Source: Ostreococcus lucimarinus (Eukaryota). From it: a stretch of DNA of 64,000 bases. Shown in pieces: positions 18,760-29,066 of the stretch; position 1 is the first letter of the stretch, and every line of letters starts with the position of its first letter. Made by a program: the position numbers and the translations under genes. The notes under the pieces were generated by a model. That model had not been told where the DNA came from and made no database searches. It was given only the letters and a program-made list of their open reading frames with translations. The stretch lies in assembly GCA_000092065.1 (NCBI GenBank), contig CP000588.1; one strand, 5' to 3'.

Positions 18760-20139
18760 TCAATAGAGCACCACTTGCGCGCGAGTGTCGCGAACCCATC
18801 GTCCGAGTCGCTCGTCGAGCGTGAAGAATCGAGGCTCAAACGTTTCGCCGCGCGCCTCTCGCTCGCGTCGCTTTTCTCTTTCGGATTCCTCGACACGCTT
18901 CTTCGCGTTTTTCGCGTCGTCCCATCGATTCTCCTCCATCGCTTTAAACGTCTCTTTCCACACGACTTCGGTGTCTCGTTCGTCGTCGAGGTGCGTGTGT
19001 CGAACGATTTGCCCTCGGAACCTTTTCGCGTCTTCCAAATCGTAACGAGCGACGGCTTCGCCACTCGAAATTTTCTTCGCGACGACGCTGCCGTCGTATC
19101 GCCCATCGATCTCGCAGACGGCGGCACCGCTCCAGGTACTGTATACGACACCGCGAACACCACGCTTCGCGGCGTACGTAAATTCGCCTCGTAAACCCGT
19201 CTTTTCGCATCGAATCGACCACTTTCGCTTGCGCGTCATTCGCGAATGCCACCTCGGGACGAATCGCCACTCAAACGACGGTAAATCGCTCACGTACGTC
19301 TCGTCGCGATCGATCAGCGTAATTCTCGCCTCGCCTTCGAGCTCGACTTCGATGTGCGCGCCGACGAGGTGCGGTTTCGGTCGCAACTCACCCTCCACGC
19401 GGACGTTCGATCCGCGAGTGCAATGCGCCGAAATCGGCGGATGATGCGACACTTGTTCCCAAACGCTCTCGAATCGCTCGTTCGGGAAAACCACCGAATG
19501 AATCGCCGTTTCCCCCAGCACTGGATTGAGCGGCTTTTTCAGCGACGCCGGCGGCTCGATCTCCGCGATCATCGCCAGAGCGACGCCCGCGAAGCGCGTC
19601 ACCGCGTCGTCTCGCTCGGCGTCGACGCGTCTCAACATCTCAAAAAATCGCACCGTGCGCGACGGCGCGTCGCTCGACACCGAGCTCGCGCTGTCCGTCA
19701 CCGTTCGCAGCAGAGATATTCTCGCGCACCATCGAATCGGGGTCCCGAGAAACGACGTCAAGTCCACCCTGCCACCGCGCGCGGCGACGCTCGCCATCGC
19801 CGTCACCGCCTTCGCGTACGCCCTCGCCTTGGCCGCGAACGACCCTCCTCGAGATTCCGCCTCCATCTCCGACGACGCCCGCGCGAGCGCGCGGTGAAAC
19901 GCATCGTCCGCTTGCGTCTTCGGCTGCGTCGTCGCCAGCGTCGTCGCCGTCGCCGTCGCCGTCGCGTTCGCGTCCGTCTCCAGCCTTCGTTCCTCGACCT
20001 CGGACGATTTCACCAACGTCGGCGCCCACCACGGCGCGCGTCGCTCGAACGACGACGGTGCGTCGTAAAAGATTTCTTTTTCGCTCTCCCGCGGCTCTGC
20101 GTCGTCTCGCGGCGCGCGGACGCACGCGAAACACGCCAT
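18760..20139 (-). CDS. Oxysterol-binding protein-related protein (ORP), ligand-binding domain only.
   Basis: It carries the OSBP fingerprint EQVSHHPPISA and the surrounding ORD beta-barrel. Its stop is 13 bp from the stop of the convergent methyltransferase gene. Confidence 0.85.
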   Translation of the reverse strand: MACFACVRAPRDDAEPRESEKEIFYDAPSSFERRAPWWAPTLVKSSEVEERRLETDANATATATATTLATTQPKTQADDAFHRALARASSEMEAESRGGSFAAKARAYAKAVTAMASVAARGGRVDLTSFLGTPIRWCARISLLRTVTDSASSVSSDAPSRTVRFFEMLRRVDAERDDAVTRFAGVALAMIAEIEPPASLKKPLNPVLGETAIHSVVFPNERFESVWEQVSHHPPISAHCTRGSNVRVEGELRPKPHLVGAHIEVELEGEARITLIDRDETYVSDLPSFEWRFVPRWHSRMTRKRKWSIRCEKTGLRGEFTYAAKRGVRGVVYSTWSGAAVCEIDGRYDGSVVAKKISSGEAVARYDLEDAKRFRGQIVRHTHLDDERDTEVVWKETFKAMEENRWDDAKNAKKRVEESEREKRREREARGETFEPRFFTLDERLGRWVRDTRAQVVLY

Positions 20140-20491
20140 CGCGCCGCGGCGACATGTGACGATTCCTGTTCTCGCGGCGAATCGTCACACGAAGCGTTTC
20201 ACCGCGCGCGCGGCGTCTCGCGGCGCGCGTCTCGCGTCTCGCGGCGCGCGCGACGCCGCCGCGGCGATCGCGGTCGCGCTCGATCGCCGCGCGGACGCCG
20301 CGGCGACGCCGCGCGACGCCACACGTCGACGCGTTCGACCGAATTCACGCGTCGCGCGTCGCGCGCGCCCTCGACCGCCGCGCCCGACCCGCGCGACCGT
20401 CGCGCGCGTCGCCCGGCGACCGCCGACCGCGCCGCGCGCGCGACCGCGCCGGCGCGACGCCGCGCGCGCGAAAGATCGCCCGCGAGACGCG

Positions 20492-20818
20492 ATGTCCGCG
20501 ACGCGAGAATCGACGGACGCCGAGCGCGCGCAGACGAACGACGATGGATTCGAGTCCTCGGACGACGAGCAATACGTCGTGAAGCCCATCGACGTGTCGA
20601 CGATGTCGATCAGCGAGCGACGCGCGCAGCGGTTCAAGGATTGCTTTTGGGATCTCGAGGCGAAGCTCGCGCGGTGGTTCGGCTTGGAGGACTCGCGATA
20701 CGAATTCGAGCTGAGCGTGCGAGAAGAGGAAGACGAGCGCGCGGCGGCGGAGGCGGCGAGGGAGGAGGCGAAGAAAGACGCGGCGGCGCGCGCGGCGGAG
20801 GACGGGACGACGGCGTGA
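20492..20818 (+). CDS. Hypothetical small acidic protein of 108 aa.
   Basis: It begins at an internal ATG of the track ORF. The segment YVVKPIDVSTMSISERRAQRFKDCFWDLEAKLARWFGLED is non-repetitive, and the tail is E/A-rich. No family is recognised. Confidence 0.4.
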   Translation: MSATRESTDAERAQTNDDGFESSDDEQYVVKPIDVSTMSISERRAQRFKDCFWDLEAKLARWFGLEDSRYEFELSVREEEDERAAAEAAREEAKKDAAARAAEDGTTA

Positions 20819-21096
20819 GAGGCGCGGCGCGCGCGCGAACCGTCGTCGACGGTTCGATTTCGGCGTCGACTCGGGCGAGCGAACGCGGCGCGAGAGGATT
20901 CGATGGCGACGTCGGCGTCGCGACGTCGGCGTCGGTGTTTATCAGTCATCGCGCGTGTATTACCATGGTGTTGCGATTCAACGATTCGTCGCGCGCGATC
21001 GCTCGTCGTCGATTCGTTCGCTCTCGTCGCGCGCCGCTCGCCGAACACCCTTCGGCGCCGCGTCGCGTCGCCGTAGACTGCGACGCGCGCGACGCC

Positions 21097-23271
21097 ATGC
21101 GACGTCGCGCGTCGACGCGCGCGCGCGCGATGCTCTTCGCGCTCTTCGCTCTGACGTGCGCGACGCTCCCGCGCGCGTCCGACGCGCGAGAAGCGTGCGC
21201 GACGAACGTCACCGCGTTCAAGCGACTCGCCGATCTTCGCGCGTTTCGGAATCCCGCGCTCCGAGGCGCGTTCTGCGTCACGCGGCTGCGCGCGGACGGC
21301 GTCGCGGGATGCTCGAACGATGCCATCACGTCGGCGCCGCTGCTAAGGCTTCGACCCGACGGGAACGAGACGATCGAGCTGGACGGCGAGAGGGTGTTGG
21401 TGGCGACGCCGGCGGCGTGGCAAAATTTAATGCGGCAGGCGTTCGTCGCGAACGACGCGCGAAGCGAGGCGTTGCGAGGGCGGATTAAAGCGGTACTCGT
21501 GGAAGCGATCGCGCCCGAAAGCGAGGAGGAGCGAGAGTGGGCGCGAGGGTACGCGCCGGGACCGGCGCACGAAACCAACGTCACGGGAGGCTTCGTGGGC
21601 GGCGTCGACGCGATGGGGATGGATCTCAGAGGAGTGCCGATGATGTTGTTAGATCGCGAGAGCACGTTGTTGGCGAGGAAGCGATCGCTGGATAACGTGA
21701 TCGCGGCCGATGCTGGGAGGGAGAAGGATATGTGGCAGGTGCGAACGGATGAACGCATGAATGGATTGGGAAAGCAACCGACGCTTGCTCCTCCGACGTC
21801 GTTGACGTGCCTGAAGTCGGGATCGTGTTTGCCGATCGGTGGGTACAGCGTGGTCGCCACCGCGCCGCCGATGTGGGGGCGCACCGACGGGCCGCACGCG
21901 GGCAAGAGCGTGATTTTAGTCATCGCGCGATTGGACGCGAACGGGTTGTTTAGAGACGCGACGCCCGCGGTGAACGCGCGGATGACTGGCCTCGTCGCGT
22001 TAATGGCGGCCGCCAAGTCGACGCAAAAGATGTTCAAGGAGATGGACGCGGAAGACGTCGCCCATCCCGTGGCGTTTCTGGCGCTCAGTGGTGAAGATTT
22101 CGGTAAGCTCGGCTCTGAGCGAATCGCGCGCGAGATGCTCGCCTCCACCGAAACGTCGCAGCTTCCCGGTTTGGCTGGGAAGAAAATTCGCGCCATCATA
22201 GAACTTGGTCCGCTCGGTTTCTCTGAATCCTTCGTGGGCGAACGCGTGCCGACGATTTACGTCCACGGCGCGCACGAGGGGAAAATGTTGGAGCGGATTG
22301 AGAAAATCGCGAACACGTTTGAGTTTGAAGAGACGGCGGCGTTGGGTGTACCCCGGATTCTTGAGACCGCGGCGCCGACATTCGAAGCGCTCCTCGCGAA
22401 TGAGTACGAAACGGCGTATTTATCCGAGGATCCCGACGCTCCAATCGACGAGCTCAGTGGAACGACGTTGGACGCCGGTAGTTTTCGCGCCATCGACGCC
22501 GAGCGCATGGAAACTGTCGTGCACGTCATCGCGCGTCTCGTGCGCGCCCTCGCGACGAACGACAAAGTCGACGCCCCGCGCTTGGATGTCGAGGGAGGTA
22601 AGCTCGCGGTGAAAGAGCTCGCAAAGTGTCTCACGAATGAAAACTACGGTTTGGAGAGATGCGAACTCGGCAAGAAGTTTTTGTACGGCGAAGAAGCGAG
22701 CGCGCCCGGACTCGGGGAATCTTTCGTCGACCCAGTCGCCTTGCCGTCTCGTTACCCCGATGCACTGCAAGGACTCTCTCGCGATATGCAGTCGCACGAA
22801 GACAAGAACGCCCTGGCAAGATTCGTGTGGAATTATCTCGCCGACGCCACGTCGAACACGGTTTCGCCCAAGATGTGCGAAGGAGACGGTTCTTGCGCCG
22901 AAAACACCGTATGCGTCGGCCGCACGCCGATGAGCGTCGGTGAGTGTCATGCTGCGACGTCGAAGTATATGTTAGCGCTTTCGACGCGATTAGCTTTTGA
23001 TCGTTCGACGGGTCTTTGGATCGTGAACGAGCCCAAAGACCCGTTCGAGCGCGCGGCGCCGCTGTGGACGGAGAGCGACTGGTCGCCGGCGATCGGTGCC
23101 ACGCTCGTCGCCCCGGTGAAGTACAACTTCTTCACGAGCGTGGATGCTTTTCTTCTGTACGGTGTCATCTGCCTGATGCTCGTCGTGGCTGCGCAGTTTT
23201 GCTTCGATCGCGACAAGAAACGCGGCGGCGCTCGCGAGCGCGAAGCGCTTTTGCGAGGCGCTCAACCGTGA
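21097..23271 (+). CDS. Nicastrin (gamma-secretase subunit).
   Basis: It has a signal peptide (MLFALFALTCATLPRASDA). The DYIGS-region homolog (FLALSGEDFGKLGSERIAREM...IELGPLG) aligns with human NCSTN. Near the C-terminus a WTESDWSP block precedes a single TM helix. The upstream 580 codons of the 1305-aa track ORF are a low-complexity artefact. Confidence 0.8.
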   Translation: MRRRASTRARAMLFALFALTCATLPRASDAREACATNVTAFKRLADLRAFRNPALRGAFCVTRLRADGVAGCSNDAITSAPLLRLRPDGNETIELDGERVLVATPAAWQNLMRQAFVANDARSEALRGRIKAVLVEAIAPESEEEREWARGYAPGPAHETNVTGGFVGGVDAMGMDLRGVPMMLLDRESTLLARKRSLDNVIAADAGREKDMWQVRTDERMNGLGKQPTLAPPTSLTCLKSGSCLPIGGYSVVATAPPMWGRTDGPHAGKSVILVIARLDANGLFRDATPAVNARMTGLVALMAAAKSTQKMFKEMDAEDVAHPVAFLALSGEDFGKLGSERIAREMLASTETSQLPGLAGKKIRAIIELGPLGFSESFVGERVPTIYVHGAHEGKMLERIEKIANTFEFEETAALGVPRILETAAPTFEALLANEYETAYLSEDPDAPIDELSGTTLDAGSFRAIDAERMETVVHVIARLVRALATNDKVDAPRLDVEGGKLAVKELAKCLTNENYGLERCELGKKFLYGEEASAPGLGESFVDPVALPSRYPDALQGLSRDMQSHEDKNALARFVWNYLADATSNTVSPKMCEGDGSCAENTVCVGRTPMSVGECHAATSKYMLALSTRLAFDRSTGLWIVNEPKDPFERAAPLWTESDWSPAIGATLVAPVKYNFFTSVDAFLLYGVICLMLVVAAQFCFDRDKKRGGAREREALLRGAQP

Positions 23272-23316
23272 CGCGCGGCGCGAACAGAAAACGCGTGTAA
23301 TATTAGTAGTTGACAA

Positions 23317-24150
23317 TTAAAACGACCACTGAAACGAAACATCCGCGACGTCATCGACGATGCCAACCTTTTCAAATCTCCCCGCGCTCTCCCACGCCTC
23401 GAGACCCCCTCGGACTTCGTCGTACGTCTTCGCGCCGTCCGGGTCGCGCTTGACCGCCTCGTACATCCGACGCAAATTCGCCCCACCGAGCGCCGCGCCC
23501 TCGCTCCAACCGAAGTACTTTGGCAACAAAAAATCACAAAAAATCAGCGTCGGAAACAGCGCGGCGTCCGCCGCGCTCTTCGTCTCGCCCGCGACGTAAT
23601 CGCCGTCCTCGCGTCCGCAAATCTCGTCCAGTATCCGCAACTGCCTCGCGATCTCCGCCAACTGCGTCGCGCGCGTCGCTCGGTCCATCGGCCCTCGATA
23701 CATCGCCCCCTGTATCGGCACCAAGTACTGATCGTGCGTTCGCGTCGCCAGCGCCCCGTTCGTCCGTCCCTCGATCGTCTTCGGCGTCGCCAGTCTCCGC
23801 GCCCCCTCGCTCGCCGCGTCCATCAGGTACGCGTTGATCACCTCGCTCTCCGGCACGCGCAGCCCGTTCGCCGCGACGAGCGTCGGCATCTTGAGCTGCG
23901 GATTAATCTCCGCGTACGCCGCGGACTTGATCCCGCCGTCCGCGAACGCGTCGTTCGGATTCGTCAACACGAGGTCGTCGTACAGCCCGAGCCAGCGCGC
24001 GAGCAATCGACACCGCGCGCCGTTGTTCGACACCGGGACGTCGTACAGCGTGCCGAGCGCGCGCGGGCGAAGCGTTGCCGCGCGCTGCGGCGTCGCGCGG
24101 CGCGCGCGCGCGCGCGCGGGCGCGGGCGCGGCGCGAGGCAACGTCGACAT
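23317..24150 (-). CDS. Glutathione S-transferase-like protein with a transit peptide.
   Basis: It has a thioredoxin-like N-domain and an alpha-helical C-domain typical of GSTs. It starts at an internal ATG, which is 'cat' at 24148-24150 on the plus strand. Confidence 0.7.
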   Translation of the reverse strand: MSTLPRAAPAPARARARRATPQRAATLRPRALGTLYDVPVSNNGARCRLLARWLGLYDDLVLTNPNDAFADGGIKSAAYAEINPQLKMPTLVAANGLRVPESEVINAYLMDAASEGARRLATPKTIEGRTNGALATRTHDQYLVPIQGAMYRGPMDRATRATQLAEIARQLRILDEICGREDGDYVAGETKSAADAALFPTLIFCDFLLPKYFGWSEGAALGGANLRRMYEAVKRDPDGAKTYDEVRGGLEAWESAGRFEKVGIVDDVADVSFQWSF

Positions 24151-24335
24151 GACGAAGACGCGTCGCACACTGACGCGCGGCGCGCGCGCGCGACGCGTCG
24201 AAGGGCCGATCGGACGGCGCGCGCGGCGCCGACGCGTTCGTGGACGCGAACGCGCGAGAAACGGGACGCGCGAGGGCGCGAGGGCGACGCGAGACGGTCG
24301 GGACATCGCCGCCGCCGCCGCGAGCCGAAAGCGCG

Positions 24336-25718
24336 ATGAGCGACGAGAAACGCGCGAAGAAGGAAAAGAAGGCGAAGAAGGCGAAGAAGGAGAAGAAAGA
24401 AAAACGATCGTCGCGCGACGGCGCGGTCGAGGGCGGCGAGGCGAAGCGGGCGAAGAGGGAAGCGAGGACGGAGGGGGAGACGGCGGACGCGGACGCGAAC
24501 GCGAAGCGCGCGAGGTTCGCGTCGTTCGCGGAGACGCCGTTCGACGAGGCGATCGTCGCGCGGTTGTCGAGCGCGTTTCCGTCGCCGAGTCCGATTCAGG
24601 CGGCGGCGTGGCCGGCGGCGTGCGCGGGGAAGGATGTCGTCGCCGTCGCGAAGACGGGGAGCGGGAAGACGTTGGCGTTTCTGTTGCCGATGTTTCACGG
24701 TATGAAGCGACACGGTGGCGTGGAGGGACTCGTCGTCGCCCCGACGCGGGAATTGGCGATACAGATTCAAGCCGAAGCGGAGAAGTTCGGCGCGGCGCAT
24801 GGGTTTCAAAGCGTCGTGGTGTACGGCGGCGCGAGCGCGTACGAGCAAAAGAACGCGTTGCGAACGAAAAAGCCGTGCCTCGTCATCGGCACGCCGGGGC
24901 GATTGACGGACTTGATGAGTCAAGAGGGGGTGCTTTCGCTCGCCGAGCTTTCGGTGATCGTGCTGGATGAGGCGGATAGGATGTTAGATATGGGGTTTGA
25001 GCCGCAGATTAAGCAAATCTTCGGCGCGACGCCGACGAAGCGGCAGACGCTCTTGTTTTCGGCGACGTGGCCGAAATCCGTGCGTAAGCTCGCGGCGGGG
25101 TATTTAAATCAAGATAAATCGTGCGTCGAAGAGATTTTCATCGGCGAAGGCGCGTCGGACGGCGAACTGGCGGCGAACAAGGCTATCACGCAACGCTTCA
25201 TCGAGGCGAGAGACCACGAAAAAGACGAGCACTTGTACAATCTCATTTGCGAGTTTCCAGACGAGTCTCGCGTCGTCGTGTTCGCGAATACCAAGCGTCG
25301 CGTCGAAAATCTGGCGAAAACGTTCGCCGCGGAAGGTTTCGGCACCGTCTCCGTGCACGGCGATAAATCTCAAGCCGACCGCGAGGCGTCTCTGCGCAAA
25401 TTCGTCGAAAACAAGGCGCCGCTCATGATGGCCACCGACGTCGCCGCGCGCGGTTTAGACATCAAGGGCGTCACCCACGTCATCAATTACGACATGGCGC
25501 GCGACGTTGAGAGTTACGTCCACAGAATCGGTCGAACCGGCCGCGCCGGCGAACTCGGCGCCGCCGTCACGTTTTGGAACGTCGATTACGACAAGCCCTG
25601 CACCCCGGCGCTGTGCAAAATCGCTCGAGACGCCGGTCAGGCTGTCCCAGATTGGCTCGCCAAGTACGAAAAAATCAAAGAGTCTAAGCAATGGCGCGTC
25701 AAGGACGCTCATTTGTGA
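24336..25718 (+). CDS. DEAD-box ATP-dependent RNA helicase (DDX5/Dbp2-like).
   Basis: It has the Q-motif, AKTGSGKT, PTRELA, DEAD, SAT and HRIGRTGRAG. The N-terminus is a K-rich basic tail. A TGTAA signal lies at about 25770. Confidence 0.9.
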   Translation: MSDEKRAKKEKKAKKAKKEKKEKRSSRDGAVEGGEAKRAKREARTEGETADADANAKRARFASFAETPFDEAIVARLSSAFPSPSPIQAAAWPAACAGKDVVAVAKTGSGKTLAFLLPMFHGMKRHGGVEGLVVAPTRELAIQIQAEAEKFGAAHGFQSVVVYGGASAYEQKNALRTKKPCLVIGTPGRLTDLMSQEGVLSLAELSVIVLDEADRMLDMGFEPQIKQIFGATPTKRQTLLFSATWPKSVRKLAAGYLNQDKSCVEEIFIGEGASDGELAANKAITQRFIEARDHEKDEHLYNLICEFPDESRVVVFANTKRRVENLAKTFAAEGFGTVSVHGDKSQADREASLRKFVENKAPLMMATDVAARGLDIKGVTHVINYDMARDVESYVHRIGRTGRAGELGAAVTFWNVDYDKPCTPALCKIARDAGQAVPDWLAKYEKIKESKQWRVKDAHL

Positions 25719-25895
25719 TGCACGCGCACACGCTCGTGACGCGTCCTCTGATGTCGTCGTCGTCCGCGTTGTAATAGAATTCAAATTTTTTTTTCAAAAT
25801 TTTCAGCTGTCAGCCACCGATGCTTCGCTCGCGCCGCACACTCCCTCGCGCGTCGCGCCGCATCGCGCGCACCGCGCGGCGCGCGCTCGTCCGCC

Positions 25896-27611
25896 ATGCC
25901 CGCGGCGACGCACGACCGCGCTTTGGCGTCCATGGTGAACGAACGCTTCAAACTCCACGGTTTGTCCCTGATGGGTGACGCCATGCGCGCCGTCTTAAAA
26001 CACGTCGCGCACGTCGCGCCCGCGACGAGCGAGCGCGAAGCGGTGGACCAGGTGTTGAAAACGCTATCGCGCACGGAACTGTCCAGCGGTGTGCTGCAAA
26101 AAGCGACGATTGAATCGGCGATCGAGAGAGGATTGGCGGAAGGGACGATCGAGGCGGTCGAGCGCGGCGCGCGAGAGATGGACGTCGACGGCGGCGAAGA
26201 CGACGAGGGCGAAGCGATGACGGAGACGGCGGCGGCGATGGTGCACAGCGATGGTTTGACGATATGTGACGCGTTTAAGACGAAAAGATACGCGTATGAT
26301 TCGCAGCGACGGATGTTTGATGAGGCGAGCAAGACGGCGAAGATTGAGAGCGCCGCCGAGTCGAAAATCGACTTGTATAGGGATCGGTTCTTGTTGTTGC
26401 AGCAGCGCTTGTCGCGGTCAAGGCAGTTCGCGAAGCCGACGTTGCAGACGTCCTCGACCGAGGGCATCGCGGAGTTGACGTCGATTCAGTCGTTGTTAGG
26501 GGTGAGCAAGGAGACGAAGTTTATCATGGGATGTTTGAGTCAATTGGAGGACGAACGGTTTTACATGGAGGATTTGACGGGGACGGTGCGAGTTGATTTG
26601 ACGGCGTGCGAGCGCAGCGCGGGGTTGTTCACGGAGAATTGCATCGTGATCGCGCAGGGTGAGGTGCGACCGGACGGGGTGTTTGAGGTCATGGCGTTGA
26701 CGTTTCCCCCGGCGGAGACGCGAGCGGCGACGAGAAACGCGACGAACGCTTTGGATTTCTTCGGCGCGGGGCACATCTTGCGACCGAACGAGCTGGAGGA
26801 GCTCGAAGAGAAGGAACTTGAACGCGTCGGTGAGAGGTTTATCGTGTTGTCGGACGTTTGGCTCGACCAACCACGCACTTTTGATAGATTGGCAAAAATG
26901 TTTGACGCGTTTGACTCGCAAGAGGAAGACGTGCCGGGATTGATTGTCTTCATGGGAGATTTCACATCGAAACCGTTCGGCCCGACGCACTACGACTTTC
27001 GCGCGTATACCGAAGGCTTTGACAAACTCGCGGAGTTGCTGGAGGAATATCCGCGCTTGCGACAGGAAAGTCGGTTCGTCTTCATCCCTGGTCCGGGCGA
27101 TCCCGGTTTGAACGCCGCGCTTCCGCGCCCGGGATTGCAATCATCCGTCATCGGTTCTCTGCTGGAGAAGGTTCCGCGCGCGCAATTCGCGAGTAACCCG
27201 GCAAAAATTAGATACTTTTCGCAAGATCTCGTGTTCTTTCGCGACGACTTGCAGGCGAAGATGCGCAGAAACTGTTTGATGCCGCCCGACGACGATAAAC
27301 TGCCGGAAATCGCGCCCGGCGACGAGTGGGCGAACCGCCCGGTGTTCAAGCATCTCGCGGCTACCATGGTGCAGCAGGCGCACTTATGCCCGTTACCGAT
27401 CACACAAAGCCCGATTTATTGGGAATACGACCACTCGTTGTGGTTGTATCCGGCGCCAAACTGTATTTTCTTAGGCGATCGAACCGAGCAACAATCGCTG
27501 GCCAACTTTGAGGAGACTTCGCTCGCGAATCCCGGATGCTTTTCCGACGACGGGTCGTTCTTGCTGTACATCCCCGCCACGGGTGAGTGTTCGTTCTCAG
27601 CCGTGCCGTGA
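25896..27611 (+). CDS. DNA polymerase epsilon subunit B (POLE2/Dpb2).
   Basis: It has the N-terminal Dpoe2NT helical domain, an OB fold and an inactive calcineurin-like phosphoesterase domain (FVFIPGPGDPG). The C-terminal tail is typical of POLE2. A TGTAA signal lies at about 27628. Confidence 0.85.
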   Translation: MPAATHDRALASMVNERFKLHGLSLMGDAMRAVLKHVAHVAPATSEREAVDQVLKTLSRTELSSGVLQKATIESAIERGLAEGTIEAVERGAREMDVDGGEDDEGEAMTETAAAMVHSDGLTICDAFKTKRYAYDSQRRMFDEASKTAKIESAAESKIDLYRDRFLLLQQRLSRSRQFAKPTLQTSSTEGIAELTSIQSLLGVSKETKFIMGCLSQLEDERFYMEDLTGTVRVDLTACERSAGLFTENCIVIAQGEVRPDGVFEVMALTFPPAETRAATRNATNALDFFGAGHILRPNELEELEEKELERVGERFIVLSDVWLDQPRTFDRLAKMFDAFDSQEEDVPGLIVFMGDFTSKPFGPTHYDFRAYTEGFDKLAELLEEYPRLRQESRFVFIPGPGDPGLNAALPRPGLQSSVIGSLLEKVPRAQFASNPAKIRYFSQDLVFFRDDLQAKMRRNCLMPPDDDKLPEIAPGDEWANRPVFKHLAATMVQQAHLCPLPITQSPIYWEYDHSLWLYPAPNCIFLGDRTEQQSLANFEETSLANPGCFSDDGSFLLYIPATGECSFSAVP

Positions 27612-27675
27612 GAGACTAGTCGTTGTTTGTAATTCTCAAGGAGTGCTAATAACTAAAAGCTGTCTACAGTATCAC

Positions 27676-28995
27676 CTAATTCCGCGACGCGGTTCGCTTA
27701 TACCCGGACCAGCGCTTTGACTTTTTCTCGTGCCATCCGTCAAAGCCTCGTCGTGGCTCGAACATTTTTGGGTGCTCGAATAACTCTGTCTTTGCGGCGT
27801 CGTATTTTTCGTCGGCTTCGCGCTTCGCGCGCGCGTACGCCTCAAGCGTAAACGTCGGCGAATCCCCGACGTCTTCGCCGAGCAGACTTAAATACAACTC
27901 GTACAGCGCCGCCTTGGACGTCGAAGGCGCGCTCGCGTCTTCGTGAAGAAACGTCCCCGTTTTCCCGTTCAACGCCTCCGCCGCGTCGTCGCCGTCGCAC
28001 CATATCATCGCGAACGGGTTTTCAAACACTGCCCCCTCTTCCACGTCCATCGGTACGTCGTCGAACACCACGGCGGTTTCCATCAACGCGGGATGCGTCG
28101 TCGCGAAGCCGCCGCACGACGAGCGAAACCCATCCACGCGACAACACATCGCTCGACACAAGTGCGGCTCGGAAAACTTTCGTCCGATAGTAATCGTCTC
28201 CACGTACAAAGGTTCGCGCATGAACCGTCGCAGCAGCGCGCCTTGATACCCGACCACGTTCCACACGCACAACTTGTCGCTACACGTCAACGCCTCGTCG
28301 CCGTCTCCGCGCGCCGGCGCCGTCCCCGCCGCGAGCTCCCCGCGCGTCACCATATCGCGCAAGACCTCAGGGACGTCTTCGTCTTTGCTCGCCTTGATGA
28401 CTTTGACGCACAGCGCCACCTGCCCCGCATCCGTCGCCGATCGACTCAACGTCTCGTGCGGTTCGCTCGGCGCGTTCGCCGTCCCGAGCTCGTCCCGTCG
28501 TTTCGTCGACCGTCCTTTCGCCCACCGCCGCACGCACGCGTTTCCGCACGGCGCCGAACTGACGTATAAATGTAAGCTCAGGCCATCCTTAACCTTGACG
28601 TCGCCTTCGCGCGTCCGCACGACGACATCGCCGTCGTTCGCGTCGCCGCCGCGAAGCGCCGCGCGCGCGTCCCGCAGCAAAAACTTCTTCAACCCTCGCC
28701 GCGCCAGCACCTCCGCGTGGCAGTCCACGAGCGCGCGTCCGGTGGTGCACGCGTACCGTCCCAGTGTTTTCGTGCCGACGCCGAGCGACAGGACGCGCAG
28801 GGAATCGCGCGCGTCGTCGCGTAAGATGAAGGCGGCGAGCACGGTGCGCACGGGAAACTCAGCGACGTCGACGCCGCACGACGCGCGCTGCGCGGCGTAG
28901 GCATCGATGGCGCATCGCGCGATGCGGTCCGCGAGCGCGCACGTCCCCGCGCGAGGCTTTTCGGCCAGGCGCGTGCGTTTGGGCGGCGGGGCCAT
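27676..28995 (-). CDS. tRNA-specific adenosine deaminase ADAT1/Tad1 (ADAR-type deaminase domain).
   Basis: It has the deaminase zinc motifs (DCHAE, SAPCG) and the A_deamin fold. Confidence 0.8.
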   Translation of the reverse strand: MAPPPKRTRLAEKPRAGTCALADRIARCAIDAYAAQRASCGVDVAEFPVRTVLAAFILRDDARDSLRVLSLGVGTKTLGRYACTTGRALVDCHAEVLARRGLKKFLLRDARAALRGGDANDGDVVVRTREGDVKVKDGLSLHLYVSSAPCGNACVRRWAKGRSTKRRDELGTANAPSEPHETLSRSATDAGQVALCVKVIKASKDEDVPEVLRDMVTRGELAAGTAPARGDGDEALTCSDKLCVWNVVGYQGALLRRFMREPLYVETITIGRKFSEPHLCRAMCCRVDGFRSSCGGFATTHPALMETAVVFDDVPMDVEEGAVFENPFAMIWCDGDDAAEALNGKTGTFLHEDASAPSTSKAALYELYLSLLGEDVGDSPTFTLEAYARAKREADEKYDAAKTELFEHPKMFEPRRGFDGWHEKKSKRWSGYKRTASRN

Positions 28996-29066
28996 TGTGG
29001 CGCGCGACGGTTGGCGCTCGGCGACGAAGGCGCGCGGCGAGACGAGCGTGATTATTAAATCGTCGG

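Noticed and set aside
19354-21096. The N-terminal 580 codons of the 1305-aa ORF that contains nicastrin.
   Set aside because: They are low-complexity and antisense to the ORP gene. Nicastrin has its own Met plus signal peptide at 21097, and a separate small gene (20492..20818) sits in between.
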